64,000 nt of DNA, from the NCBI GenBank assembly GCA_009859145.1, contig VRVR01000056.1, forward strand, positions 114,381 to 178,380, given 5' to 3'. This DNA is from Andalucia godoyi And28. Lineage: Eukaryota; Protista; Jakobida. This document shows, one piece after another, positions 53,553 to 64,000 of this stretch (its first letter is position 1; every line of letters begins with the position of its first letter). The translations under genes were made by a program, and so were the position numbers. Under the pieces are notes generated by a model. It had not been told where the DNA came from, did not search any database, and was given only the letters and a program-made list of their open reading frames with translations.

Positions 53553-55106
53553 ATGAGCTCGTCTACTTCTTCGCTGTGGGTATCGGAAGATGTGGAGTTC
53601 CCCACGTTTCCTAAGCTTGTCGGTCGCGACCACTGGTACGATGTCGTTGTCGTTGGTGGCGGCATTTCGGGATTAACCTGCGCAGCACTCCTGAAGCAAG
53701 CTGGCAAGAGGGTCGCGGTGGTCGAAGCTGCAAAGTTTGGACCAGTTGGGACGACGCACAGAACGACTGCGCATATCACGCATATCGAAGACACTGAGTT
53801 CCACAAAATGATTGGTGCCTACGGGCTGCAGGCGTCGTCCGAGGTGGCGCAGGGTATGTCTGCAGCGTTCGACCTGATTGAGAGGCTTCCGAAAGAGTGT
53901 TCCTTTGAATCTGGGAACGACTTTCGGCGCGTTCCTGCGTATCGGTATGCAGAAACATCCAAGGACAGCAAGAAGGTAAAAGAGGAGTTCGCTGCGCTGC
54001 AGAAAGTTGGCATCGCATGTTCGCATCCGTGCCCCAAGCCGGATTCGCTACTGTTCGACGTGCAGTACTGCGGTCGAGTGGAAAACCAAGCGTTGTTCCA
54101 TCCCATGAAACATCTTGTTGGTCTCGCCAAATTCGTCCATAAAGAAGGCAGCGCCGTGTTTTGCGAGTCGCGTGTCACAAAGTATGGAGACAGTACGTCG
54201 ACGAATCCGAACTGCTGGATTGAAACAGATGGGAAGGCAAAAATACAGTGCAGGGACTTGATCATCGCCACCCATTCACCGACCGGGGTGTGGCTGTCAT
54301 TGCATCCTCGACTGCTTCCGTACCGCAGTTATGTAGTCGTGGCTCGCATTCGAGGGAAGCTGGAAGATGCGATCTACGACGACACCATGGATCCCTACCA
54401 CTACATTCGGCCGTACAAGAAAGGAGGGGATGATTACGTGATTGTCGGTGGGGAAGACCATCCTTGTGGTGAGAAGTCCGACACCATGGAGTCCTTTGCT
54501 GTGCTTGAGGAATACACGAGAAGCAGATTTCATGTCGAAGAAATCAAGTATCACTGGTCTGCGATTTATTTTGTCCCGACCGACCGACTGCCATACATTG
54601 GTCGCGGGCCAACCTGCCGCAATATTTACGTTACCACGGGATACTCTGGATGTGGAATGGCGTACGGCACGCTGGGAGCCATGCTGTTGCGAGACATCAT
54701 AACGGGGAAAGCGAATCCGCTGGAGAAGGTGTTTTCGCCGAGCCGAATCAAACCGCTTTCTTCCTTCACGGGACTGATGGAAGAGACGTGGCACAATGTC
54801 AAAGGAATGGTTATCAACCGTCTTCCTTCTTTCAAACCCACCCAGTTCTCTCCTGATAATCTCCGTCCTGGACAAGGGGACGTCGTCACCCACAAGGGGT
54901 CCAAAGTTGCGGTTTTCAAAGACCAAGATGGACAGGTTCACACATACTCGGCAGTGTGCACCCACATGGGTTGCATTGTGGCATGGAATGATGCAGAAAA
55001 GCATTTCGACTGTCCTTGTCACGGCTCTTGTTTTGATGCTAAAGAAGGTTCAGTTAAATCCGGGCCGGCTTGTGTCGCTTTGCAGCGCAAGGAGCTGACT
55101 TGGTAA
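53553..55106 (+). CDS. FAD-dependent oxidoreductase (DAO family) fused to a C-terminal Rieske [2Fe-2S] domain, YhfW-like
   Basis: DVVVVGGGISGL, GTTHRTTAHIT, LPYIG, TGYSGCGMAYG; Rieske CTHMGC...FDCPCHGSCF. Confidence 0.92.
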   Translation: MSSSTSSLWVSEDVEFPTFPKLVGRDHWYDVVVVGGGISGLTCAALLKQAGKRVAVVEAAKFGPVGTTHRTTAHITHIEDTEFHKMIGAYGLQASSEVAQGMSAAFDLIERLPKECSFESGNDFRRVPAYRYAETSKDSKKVKEEFAALQKVGIACSHPCPKPDSLLFDVQYCGRVENQALFHPMKHLVGLAKFVHKEGSAVFCESRVTKYGDSTSTNPNCWIETDGKAKIQCRDLIIATHSPTGVWLSLHPRLLPYRSYVVVARIRGKLEDAIYDDTMDPYHYIRPYKKGGDDYVIVGGEDHPCGEKSDTMESFAVLEEYTRSRFHVEEIKYHWSAIYFVPTDRLPYIGRGPTCRNIYVTTGYSGCGMAYGTLGAMLLRDIITGKANPLEKVFSPSRIKPLSSFTGLMEETWHNVKGMVINRLPSFKPTQFSPDNLRPGQGDVVTHKGSKVAVFKDQDGQVHTYSAVCTHMGCIVAWNDAEKHFDCPCHGSCFDAKEGSVKSGPACVALQRKELTW

Positions 55107-55148
55107 AGTACAAACGAGGCACTGACTCATAATACTAAATATAGATGC

Positions 55149-55378
55149 CACCTCCCAACCCAAACCTCTCCAAGCATTTGGCTCGCATGCTGCGCCTCAG
55201 ACAGATTATTTTGGCGTAAAGTGACTTTATATATCAGCATCAGCGCCCATCATCGATTACAAGGAATCGGTTGTCAATACTCGACAGTGTCTCTCAGTAG
55301 GCCTCGACCTGCACACCTTCAGCCATACTATCCGATGATATATCACAGCCGCCCACCAGACGTTTGGGTTGGAGGGTT
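55149..55378. mobile_element. MITE-like element, copy 2 (inverted relative to copy 1)
   Basis: Left CCTCCCAACCCAAAC, right GTTTGGGTTGGAGGGTT. Shares GAGACACTGTCG..TATTGACAACCGATT.CCTTGTAATCGATGA (reverse complement) with 16124-16384. Confidence 0.75.
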
Positions 55379-55485
55379 ATATGTACACACTTAGAGACGG
55401 GAGGGGGGATTGGAGAGAGAGAATAAAAGACTTGAAAATAGAACAAAACAAAACAAATACAAAACAATAAATTAACAAATTGAAA

Positions 55486-57246
55486 TTACTTCCGGAGTGC
55501 ACCTTGTGGAGCAGTCGCGGGACGAGGGTTTGCTGCAACAGATGCTTCACGGGAGGAAATCAGCTCCCACGATGCGCACGGAACCTTGGACGCGGAAAAT
55601 CTCGCCGTGGCTGCTAGTCTTCGGTCAGCTTGTCGCACTGAAAGCGGGAGAGACTTGATTTCAAGCCCCGGAAACAATGATCGTCTTGGAGCCAGCGGAC
55701 GACTGTAAGGTGGAATGCCTTCTTGCAGGCACGGCGACCGGCCGACAGCAACAAGACTGGGTCGAACACCTCTTTCCGAGAACACGGCAGCGGGAGCCGC
55801 GTGATGTGTACGATCTGGCGACGGAGGCTTCCAAAAGAATCCAGATGTGGATGCAGGGGTACGGACGGGTCGTGGTGCAGCTGGCGCCAGAATCACAGGC
55901 GATGAGACGAGCGACGATGCCGAGATACCAGAATTGGATAAAGTCTCCACAGCAGACAAGTCATCTGATGCTGTCGTCACAGCAGATCTGGGACGCACAG
56001 TGACCTGGGGTCTGGCCACCCGCAGGATTCCTTCCTGCTCCTTCTCAGGAGACTGATGAGGGCTTTCTGATGAGACGGCTTGTGACGACAGCAGATCCCG
56101 CTGCAATGAACGCTCCGCGAGGAAGACATCATGCAGAAGAGACTTGCGTATTTCTTCTTTGCGTTCCCGGATCGCTTCCAGCCGAGTTTGCAGCGCATTT
56201 TGATACTTCCATTCGTACACTTGCCCGTCTGCATGCGCAGTGATCAGAGTCTCCTGTGCCTGTACGACATCCAAGACGGGGCAGTTGGCCACGTACGAAT
56301 ACACCGGTTTGTTCGCCTTCAGCGGAACTGAAACCTGGCAGACCCCGGAAAACGTCGCGGCAATGAGGCAGCCGTCTTCGGCGACCTGCAATTTCGAGAT
56401 TCCTGCCCCATTTGCAATGCACACCTTTGCCAATGGGATGCGAAACACAGACGGTCTATGGGTAGGCCGAGATTCTGACTGCGACGGCAGCGAGTTCAGC
56501 ACGCTCGTTTCCAAAGCCGATGATGGCTCCCCCAGCGCCCACGTATAAACAGACCCGGAAAGATCCCCAGAGAAGAGCAGCCTGCTTGCTTCGCTTGGAA
56601 TGTAATTTGGGTCTGCAGAAAGAAGATGGTCGGGTGCTGCGGCCAACCAGCCATTTGTTGCTCCGCGTCTGGTTCCGAAGCGTATGCAAGACACCTGCGC
56701 TCCATGATCAGCAAAGACTGTATGAGGCGACCGATGGAAGCGGATATCAAAGATCTGCACGGCGCGATTCAGCCCCCCCATTGCAATTTGTTCGTCATGC
56801 ACGTCAAAGCACGTGAACTTGTTCTCGGAACCGTCGAATACGATTGCTGGCTCGCCGGTTCTCCAATCAGACACCACGACGCGGTGGTCCATACCGCACG
56901 AAACAAGCATTGTCCTCTGAATTAAAGCCTGCGACACGCAATCGTCATGAACCCGAAGAACAGACGCGCATTTTCCTTGCTGTAAGTCAAACCGCCGTAC
57001 TGTCTGATCATGGGATCCCGAAACAACATGATCTCTGCCGAGACACAGCGACGTGAGAAATCCTGTGTGTCCTCGACATTCCATAACCGGCACATCCGAG
57101 CTTGCAGACCACAGCCGAATCACATTGTCTCCGCCCCCCGTCGCAAGCAATACGTGGGTTGCATCCACTGCAATGCAGTTGCATGAGTCCAAGTGCGCAT
57201 GTTCTCGGCGAATAAACAAATAAGACGCATCCACAAAATGCGCCAT
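55486..57246 (-). CDS. WD40-repeat protein with a disordered Ser/Pro/Arg-rich C-terminus
   Basis: ATGGGDNVIRLW, GHTGFLTSL, VSGSHDQTVRRFD, VSCGMDHRVVVSD, DHGAQVSCI, TAHADGQVYEW. Confidence 0.85.
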   Translation of the reverse strand: MAHFVDASYLFIRREHAHLDSCNCIAVDATHVLLATGGGDNVIRLWSASSDVPVMECRGHTGFLTSLCLGRDHVVSGSHDQTVRRFDLQQGKCASVLRVHDDCVSQALIQRTMLVSCGMDHRVVVSDWRTGEPAIVFDGSENKFTCFDVHDEQIAMGGLNRAVQIFDIRFHRSPHTVFADHGAQVSCIRFGTRRGATNGWLAAAPDHLLSADPNYIPSEASRLLFSGDLSGSVYTWALGEPSSALETSVLNSLPSQSESRPTHRPSVFRIPLAKVCIANGAGISKLQVAEDGCLIAATFSGVCQVSVPLKANKPVYSYVANCPVLDVVQAQETLITAHADGQVYEWKYQNALQTRLEAIRERKEEIRKSLLHDVFLAERSLQRDLLSSQAVSSESPHQSPEKEQEGILRVARPQVTVRPRSAVTTASDDLSAVETLSNSGISASSLVSSPVILAPAAPRPVRTPASTSGFFWKPPSPDRTHHAAPAAVFSERGVRPSLVAVGRSPCLQEGIPPYSRPLAPRRSLFPGLEIKSLPLSVRQADRRLAATARFSASKVPCASWELISSREASVAANPRPATAPQGALRK

Positions 57247-57603
57247 CTACACACACATGCGCCAAAGCACGCTCAGTCGCACACACACACACACACACAC
57301 ACGCACACACACAAGCAAGAGCCACTGGAACAGCTACACGGTCCGAATCAACCACCCTTCGTCACAAGACCACGAGAGCTTCGTCAAGCACGAAAAAAAG
57401 AAACCGGCCACGATGAATCAGAAACAGTCCCCGGACATAAAACCCCCGCTCTCCAAACTACCGACTGTACAACATCAAAAAAAGAAAAAGAAAAAGCCCA
57501 CTGTTGAGCGTGCGCGCAATCGATCGGTCCGTCTCTCTAACACCCAATAGGCAATGGCCCGACGATCTCCAGCTTTCTCGGCTTTCTCTCCCGCTTCACC
57601 ATC

Positions 57604-57634
<31 letters not shown>

Positions 57635-57682
57635 CCTCCTTTTTAAAAATTCAAAACCAAGACATTGGCTTGTCGTGGGAAA

Positions 57683-58486
57683 ATGGCTGATCTTGCGTCG
57701 ATTGTACATGCGTTTGTCATGCAAACGCCGTATGGGCAGCTTGCGGAAGTCGTTGCCGACATTCGGAAGCTGTCGAACGGCGATGCCGAGACACGAAACG
57801 AGGATCTCGAGTCAATGTTGCAGTCTGCGTGTGCGGACTACCACGGAGAGAATGCAGCCTTGGTTTCTCTAGAGGATGGATCGCAGCTTCTGGCGACTAC
57901 GTTTGGACGCATTGGCGGAACCAATCGGTTTGTGGACCCTGTTGCACAAAAGTCGTTTGCTATTGATGTGGAGAACCATGCTGCGGTGGACATTGAAGAT
58001 GACGCGTCGTTTGCAGTTGACGAGCTCCAGGCTTCTGCGGACGAGTATGTTCGCAGCTACTATGTGTCCCACGGAAAGTCCCTTGTGCATGCTCTGGCAG
58101 ATGGAACGATCGGCGTTACGGTGCGCGGTGCAAAAGGATCGGGCAAGAACTTCTGGGCTGCCTCTTGGACTGCTACGTATGTCCTGACTCCCGGAGGCGT
58201 CCTCGACGGGAAAATCAGATGCTGTGTGCATCTCTATGAAGAAGGAAATGTGCAGCTTTCCCCGCATTCGTCGTTCCACGAAGAGAATGTTTCCAAGGAG
58301 TCGCTGTTCCAAGTCATCGGCAAGTTCGAAGATGCATTCCATGCGTCGATCGAGGAAAATTGCGCATCCATGAGCAGGACCACTTTCAAGGCTCTTCGCC
58401 GCATGCTGCCAATCACCGGAGAAAAGTTCGACTTTGCATCCGCATCGCACTCCCTCGCGTCTGAGCTCACTTCGTCACGAGCCTAG
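57683..58486 (+). CDS. CAPZA: F-actin capping protein alpha subunit
   Basis: FVMQTPYGQLAEVVADIR, NFWAASW, VHLYEEGNVQL, TFKALRRMLPITGEKFDF. Confidence 0.95.
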   Translation: MADLASIVHAFVMQTPYGQLAEVVADIRKLSNGDAETRNEDLESMLQSACADYHGENAALVSLEDGSQLLATTFGRIGGTNRFVDPVAQKSFAIDVENHAAVDIEDDASFAVDELQASADEYVRSYYVSHGKSLVHALADGTIGVTVRGAKGSGKNFWAASWTATYVLTPGGVLDGKIRCCVHLYEEGNVQLSPHSSFHEENVSKESLFQVIGKFEDAFHASIEENCASMSRTTFKALRRMLPITGEKFDFASASHSLASELTSSRA

Positions 58487-59367
58487 TTTTGTGTGCGAGG
58501 CGATGCATTGCTGTTGGTATTTCGTGTTTCAAGAGATTGGTTTGTGTTTGAAATTTGTTGCTGTGTGATTAGGTTGTCTACGTGCTGCCGAGTTTTTTCT
58601 TTTCTTTTATTAATTATCTTTTATGGAGACGCTGTTTTTGTCCTACTCCTGTGTTGTTTCTCTTATCCCTCAATAAAGAAATGAAGAAGAAAAAGAAAGC
58701 GCCTGGGATACACTGCATCAATACGAATTGCGTCTAATTGGGTACTATTGCTAACCGGACTGGAGAAAACCCCATGTTAGAATTTCAAAAGCATGTTTGC
58801 TAAGATGATGAAAACGCAAATAAAACATCATCGGATCCGCTCGCATGTTCGAGCAGGCTCCCCGCCCCCCTCTGTCTTTCATGCTCTCTTCGCTTGGAAA
58901 ATTGGTTTCGTCTTCTCGGTGCTTGCATGTGAAGAAGCGGGCGGGGAAAAAAAAGAAAAGAAACACGTTGTTTTCTTCAAAAGGTCGGTGGATGAACTGC
59001 GGAGGAAAAGGGTCGAAGGCTCCCTTCCTCGTCCTCCTCGCTGGAAGCACGATGTTGATGGTTGGCGCCGTTCTGTGGGGCGCGTACGTCCGCAATAAAA
59101 TCGTGCACCTCAGCGCCCCCATGATACTTTCTATTCGCCACATTCTCAAAGTACCGTTGCATCCTTTTGTTTCTCTTACCCTCAGCTTCACTCCGAAATG
59201 CTTGGCGGTTGCCTCGGTGCGTCCATTGTCCAATACACCGTTCCATCATTACCTCTGCTTCGTTTGAGATCCAGTTGATTGTTTAAAACCTAACTAGTTA
59301 TATAATGTAAGAACCCAAATCAAATAGCGCGGTTGCGCAAATCTGTCTTTCCTTGCTCTCCTCATTT

Positions 59368-60092
59368 TCAATCTCGCTTTAACACGACACGATAGCGCGC
59401 CTTTTTCGAGCGGACTCGCTCAATGCCTTGATTGCAGCCTTCCGTGGCCATGGGCAGCATCTCGATTTTGCACGAACTCCATGCGCCGCTGCGACATCCA
59501 ACATTTCTCGGATAGAGGCCGGGAAGCCGATGAGAGAGCCGCAGATGCTCGTCCGTCCAAAGAGCACGGATCCGGCGTGAAATGAGAAAGGCTCAGATGG
59601 GATTTGTCAATCAGATGAAATGGGTAGCGCCAAAAGAACGGGCTTCTGCTTCCTTTTCTGGCGAAGTGGAGATGGCGGCGGCACGCTCATATCCAAGAGC
59701 CTTCGCGAACTGCAGCGCAAGATGTCCGAGACCGCCGATTCCAATCACTCCCACTGCCTTGTCTGTGGGGCGTCCATAGAATTTCAATGGAGTGAAGACG
59801 GTGGTACCGGCGCAAAGCAAAGGTGCCGCTTCTTCGAAGTCACCTCCGGGATGACCAATGCAAAGTGTTCATCACAACGAATCTCGGAAGAGAATCCACC
59901 GTACGTCATGCGGCCATCGTCGTTTCCATTGTAGGTGAGCACTGCTTTTCCACAGAACGATTCATCCTTGTCATGACAGTCGTTGCACGACCCGCGCTGT
60001 GCACCAACCCCAACACGGTCGCGCCATACCAGTCGTTGTCCATCTGGTGCACGTCCGAATGGCAAATTCCACAAGCAGTGATGCGAATGCCT
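59368..60092 (-). pseudogene. Pseudogene of a Zn/NADPH cinnamyl-alcohol-dehydrogenase-family ADH (YahK/ADH6-like)
   Basis: Collinear fragments ACGICHSDVH, DRVGVG, TYGGFS, APLLCAGTTVFTPL, VIGIGGLGHLALQFAKALG, FGATHFI*, SICGSLIG, RYRVVL across frameshifts, stops and deletions. The GHE motif is missing. Confidence 0.85.
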
Positions 60093-60779
60093 GGATCTTT
60101 GTCATACGGTTCTTTTTTCCCTTTTGGCTTTTGTCACTGAAGTTATAGATTACATAGGGATAAAGGGATAAATAAATAAATAAATAAACAAATAAACAAA
60201 TAAATGTGAATATATATATATATATGCATATACATATTTATAGCATTATAGAGTCGTTGAATAATGACACGTCATTGTCATGCATATGCGGGAAGTATGC
60301 ATAAACAGACACAGTCAATACTAGCCGACACGAGCACGTTTGTTTCACAGGGAATCCGTGCTTACGCACGCTCGGCCAAAATTCAGCCTGTGACACCAGT
60401 TTGAGACCTCTCAGATAGTACTCAAACATTATCGTCGAATCCGCTGCAAGACTACCAATTCCAGCAACGTCTGTTCCATAAGGCGACCGAGTATCGCGAG
60501 CGGCGGAAGCAAAGTGTTTGCAAGTCCCGCGTGTTGCTCACCGATTGATCGGATGCAAGATTGAATGTGCATGTTCAGTGTACAATGTAGGCGCAGGTCG
60601 TGTGGCGATTGCCCCCCCTCCCCCCCCCCCCCCACTTCCACCTCCCGAACTTCGCAATTCCGTAGCCCCCTTCCCTGCTTGGGGTACGACCAGCAGCATA
60701 TGGATGCACAAAGCCTTTTTTTCGCTTCCTCCACCCCGAGCATATTGCTGTCCTCACAACAACGCTGCCGAGGGGATTT

Positions 60780-62375
60780 TCAGCTGGTGGGAGGAAAAGG
60801 CGGCGGTTGTTGGGAGGGCAGCACAGTCGGTGTGATGCCGTGCTGCCGGACGTACTGCAAAAACTGCGTAGGCAGTTCAGCGCACGTTTCCCTGGCCAGA
60901 GCACTGGGATGCGCGTTGGCAAACTTGACCATCGGCACAAACTGTACAATGTCTCTCTGCGCAGTCCTCCCTTGACTTGACAAGAGTCCGTCGTCAGCGT
61001 CAAGAGCATTCATGTTTGTAAAGTCGGCAGTTCCAACACCAACGATGATGATCGAAAAGGGCAATGCAGACGCATCGATGATTGCATGGATCGTCCGCTC
61101 CATGTCATGAATTTCACCGTCTGTCATGATCAGCAACACCGTATATACTGCCGGTTTCGATGCCGCGTGGCCTGCAGCGGTCCGAATGATGTGCTCGAAC
61201 AGCGTCGGCCCTGAAAGCACCGTAGAAAGCAGTGCACTTCGGTAAGCATTAACAATCCCCTGTACTCCCGGCGCGGAGATATCGATGGGAAAACAATGCG
61301 ACACCATTCCGTTGTTTGGCTTGCCTCCGAATCCGTAAACGGGAAAGAGCTTGTCGGAGTCGTACGGCTCAAGAATGCTGCCAATCGATCGTATGGCGCT
61401 TTCGTACGCATTCATCGTCCGGCCCGTGGGATCCCAATAATGCAGAGACCTCGGATCCACAGGATCAAGGTTTGAAGCCGTGAAATCGATAGCGACCAAG
61501 AGCGAGATCTCGTATCCAGCGCGGATGTATTCGATGAAGGAATACTCTCTTACGAATCCCACGTTCCGGAACACGACCTTCCCGGACCCGTCATATGCCT
61601 TGCCCTTCTTCTTTCTGCGCTCGGCTGTTTGGCTGTTCCACAACACAAACACTGCGCCAGCAACAATTGCCTCCATCGGTGCACGGAACGATCCTATATA
61701 TTCTGACTTGCCGCTGCGATTCCAGTCAAAGCAATCGACTTGCACAGGCCGTTGCAAATCTCCATTGCAGAGCAGACTGGTGCTGCATTGCAGTGGCTTC
61801 CAAACCGGATTCAGCGAATTCTTGACCACTTCAGTCTTTGCAACAGGAACAGCGGATCCATCCTCCATTAATCTGTTGAAAATCAAAAATGGATCCGCTT
61901 TTCCAAAGGTATCCATCTTTGGCAAATCCTGAGCAATGATATCCATCGTCACGGTGCCAACAACCCCGACATTCACCTCTTCGCAGCGAACAATCATCTG
62001 GCCAGAGGGGTGCAGAGGCAACGTCAGATGCGACGCCCGTGCAGCCACGCATGTCGACAGCGTCGTATCAACAGAGCCCAGAAAATCCTGCCGGCTCAGA
62101 TCCTGCAGATGCGAAGCATCATCAACGTCATAAACAGAAAATCGCATCATCTGCACCTCCTCGAAACTGTAGTCCACGGTTATGGGTTGCAGGAATTTCG
62201 GATCCAAGGTATTCTTCTGCCACTCTGTTCTGCCAACCTCGACCAGTTGCTGTGTTTGGCGATTCAGCAGAAACGCGACGACGACCGGATCGGACAGCGA
62301 GAACGTGTCCTTGTTTCTCAAGTGGTGGCATTCGAAAAACAGTTGAATCCGGGAATGGCAATCATCGACAGGCAT
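60780..62375 (-). CDS. CPNE: Copine (C2A-C2B-vWA)
   Basis: LRNKDTFSLSDP, EVGRTE...LDPKF, MDTFGKADPF, VAIDFTASN, YDSDKLFPVYGFG, LSGPTLF, LLIMTDGEI, SIIIVGVG, RDIVQFVP. Confidence 0.96.
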   Translation of the reverse strand: MPVDDCHSRIQLFFECHHLRNKDTFSLSDPVVVAFLLNRQTQQLVEVGRTEWQKNTLDPKFLQPITVDYSFEEVQMMRFSVYDVDDASHLQDLSRQDFLGSVDTTLSTCVAARASHLTLPLHPSGQMIVRCEEVNVGVVGTVTMDIIAQDLPKMDTFGKADPFLIFNRLMEDGSAVPVAKTEVVKNSLNPVWKPLQCSTSLLCNGDLQRPVQVDCFDWNRSGKSEYIGSFRAPMEAIVAGAVFVLWNSQTAERRKKKGKAYDGSGKVVFRNVGFVREYSFIEYIRAGYEISLLVAIDFTASNLDPVDPRSLHYWDPTGRTMNAYESAIRSIGSILEPYDSDKLFPVYGFGGKPNNGMVSHCFPIDISAPGVQGIVNAYRSALLSTVLSGPTLFEHIIRTAAGHAASKPAVYTVLLIMTDGEIHDMERTIHAIIDASALPFSIIIVGVGTADFTNMNALDADDGLLSSQGRTAQRDIVQFVPMVKFANAHPSALARETCAELPTQFLQYVRQHGITPTVLPSQQPPPFPPTS

Positions 62376-62410
62376 CCTCAATCCGAGAAGTATATGTATG
62401 TATGTATGTA

Positions 62411-62445
<35 letters not shown>

Positions 62446-62833
62446 CCGATAGAATGCTGGATTCAGAGACGCGATTCGCAATACGCAGCTTGCAGTTTGC
62501 GATGCTGCTTTCGCCCGACGTTCAATCTCTCCAGGAGGCTCGGCAAGCCGGCTATTTCGGACCATTGCAAGAAGCGTCAAGTGAGGTCAGAGGAGGTCAG
62601 AGGAGTCAGAGGAACACCGAGGGGCTTGATGCTTCGATGCTGGTAAGAAAAGGTGAAAAAAAAAAATAGAGGTTCAAGTCGTCCCTGATTCAAGTGTCCT
62701 ATGCCACATCGATGCATGCAGTCTTTTTGGACTGTTGTTTCTTTTTCACTTGTTGCATACTTGCTTCTCGTTTTCCATTTGTTCTCCATCCTTTCATTGC
62801 GCTTGTGTCTTTTGTTGTTGTTGTGATTGTAAT

Positions 62834-63571
62834 ATGTCTCGTGGAAGCTCTGCAGGTTACGATCGCTTCATCTCCATCTTTTCTCCGGAAGGGCGGCTTT
62901 ACCAAGTAGAATATGCCTTCAAGGCGGTCAAGACTCCGCAGCGAACGACGGTTGCCGTTCGGGGAGCGGATTCCGTCGTGGTGGTGACGCAGAAGAAGGT
63001 TCCAGACACGTTGTTGCGCGCCGATTCAATCACATCATTGTACCAAATCACACCGACCATTGGGGCTTGCATGACGGGTCTTGGGCCGGATGCACGACGG
63101 GTTGTGCAGATCGCAAGGCAGGAAGCAGCCGATTTTGCCTACGAGAATGGCTATGACTGCCCTGTTTCGTACCTTGCGATGCGCCTTGCGGATCGAGCCC
63201 AGGTCTGGACGCAGCGTGCAGGATCGAGACCCCTTGCGGTGCAGGCGGTGCTGCTTGGCACTGAAGATGAGAATGGCACAAGGATTCCGCAATTATTCAA
63301 AATTGATCCCGCAGGTTACTTTGTTGGCTACAAGGCATGTTCTGCTGGCTCTCGCGAAACGGAAGCTACGAATTTCCTGGAAAAGAAGCTCAAGAAGGAT
63401 ATGAAAGACCCATTGCAACTGGCGCTGCATGCCTTGCAGCAGACTCTTGGAGGCGATTTCAAGAGTTCAGACATTGAAGTGGGGATCTGTTCCTTGGATA
63501 ACAGAAACTTTCGGTGCCTGAGTTCCCAGGAAATTGAAGACCAGCTCACTCTGCTTGCAGAGAGGGACTAG
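62834..63571 (+). CDS. PSMA6: 20S proteasome subunit alpha type-6 (alpha1)
   Basis: MSRGSSAGYDRFISIFSPEGRLYQVEYAFKAV, FKIDPAGYFVGYKACSAG, ATNFLEKK, DIEVG. Confidence 0.96.
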   Translation: MSRGSSAGYDRFISIFSPEGRLYQVEYAFKAVKTPQRTTVAVRGADSVVVVTQKKVPDTLLRADSITSLYQITPTIGACMTGLGPDARRVVQIARQEAADFAYENGYDCPVSYLAMRLADRAQVWTQRAGSRPLAVQAVLLGTEDENGTRIPQLFKIDPAGYFVGYKACSAGSRETEATNFLEKKLKKDMKDPLQLALHALQQTLGGDFKSSDIEVGICSLDNRNFRCLSSQEIEDQLTLLAERD

Positions 63572-64000
63572 TATTTGTAAATGCATTTTTAAGGGATGAG
63601 AATGAATGTTCCCCCTCCTCCTCCATCCGTTCTTCACGCGTGCCATAGCTCTGTGCATCCGCTGGACGTTGCTGTCCTGCCAAAGGAGCCTGGGCAGATC
63701 GGTCGTGCCTTGTCACCACCATTATCGACAGCCGCCCCCCTCAGCCGGCCTGTCGCGCCTGCTCAGAGAAACCACTGCGGACATTCTGATTGCCAGGGTG
63801 TCCAGCAGTTGTCTACTATGACATTCTGAGGCCTGCACTCCTTGGAGATGGGGTCTGTGTGCTCTTCATCAACCCCCAGCAGCAATTTGGCATACAACGC
63901 CACAGATGCCGCCTTGCAAGTCTCCCACAAACACGGATTTTTGCAGCAAAAGCCTCCGCTGCCATCCACTGTCGTACAGAACAGAAACAAAATGCACGAG

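Noticed and set aside
58760-59280. Possible small membrane gene (MNCGGKGSKAPFLVLL...; EMLGGCLGASIV resembles an aquaporin helix)
   Set aside because: No NPA motif and no consistent frame or convincing splice model; left unannotated.
62668-62705. GGTTCAAGTC as a tRNA T-loop
   Set aside because: No cloverleaf stems or D-arm around it; it lies in the divergent copine/PSMA6 spacer. I found no RNA genes, but could not run tRNAscan or Infernal.
63596-64000. Coding-like sequence at the right edge
   Set aside because: All frames I read are interrupted or carry no recognisable motif; it needs the next window.

Overview
Gene-dense (about one gene per 2 kb), intron-poor genomic DNA from a unicellular eukaryote. 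It is probably a flagellated protist, but I cannot assign the taxon. About 30 protein-coding genes are separated by short AT-rich, microsatellite-rich spacers, and four GT-AG introns of about 145-240 nt can be reconstructed. Housekeeping genes include METAP2, VDAC, ATP synthase epsilon, cardiolipin synthase, capping protein alpha, proteasome alpha-6, copine, the queuosine salvage hydrolase and SLX9. Highlights: (1) a head-to-head pair of paralogous TALE homeobox genes, both with a PBC-B-like domain, an arrangement reminiscent of mating-type homeodomain pairs; (2) a decayed Fanzor/TnpB remnant that may carry an intron; (3) two inverted copies of a 230-260 bp element with terminal inverted repeats (MITE-like); (4) a tubulin-tyrosine-ligase-like ATP-grasp protein with a signal peptide; (5) several prokaryote-like enzymes (mycothione-reductase-like, FAD-Rieske oxidoreductase, cupin, RLPH phosphatase); (6) an alcohol dehydrogenase pseudogene damaged by deletions; (7) a 1043-codon minus-strand ORF at the left edge that is missing from the ORF track. 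All family assignments come from motif recognition by eye. No database searches were run.
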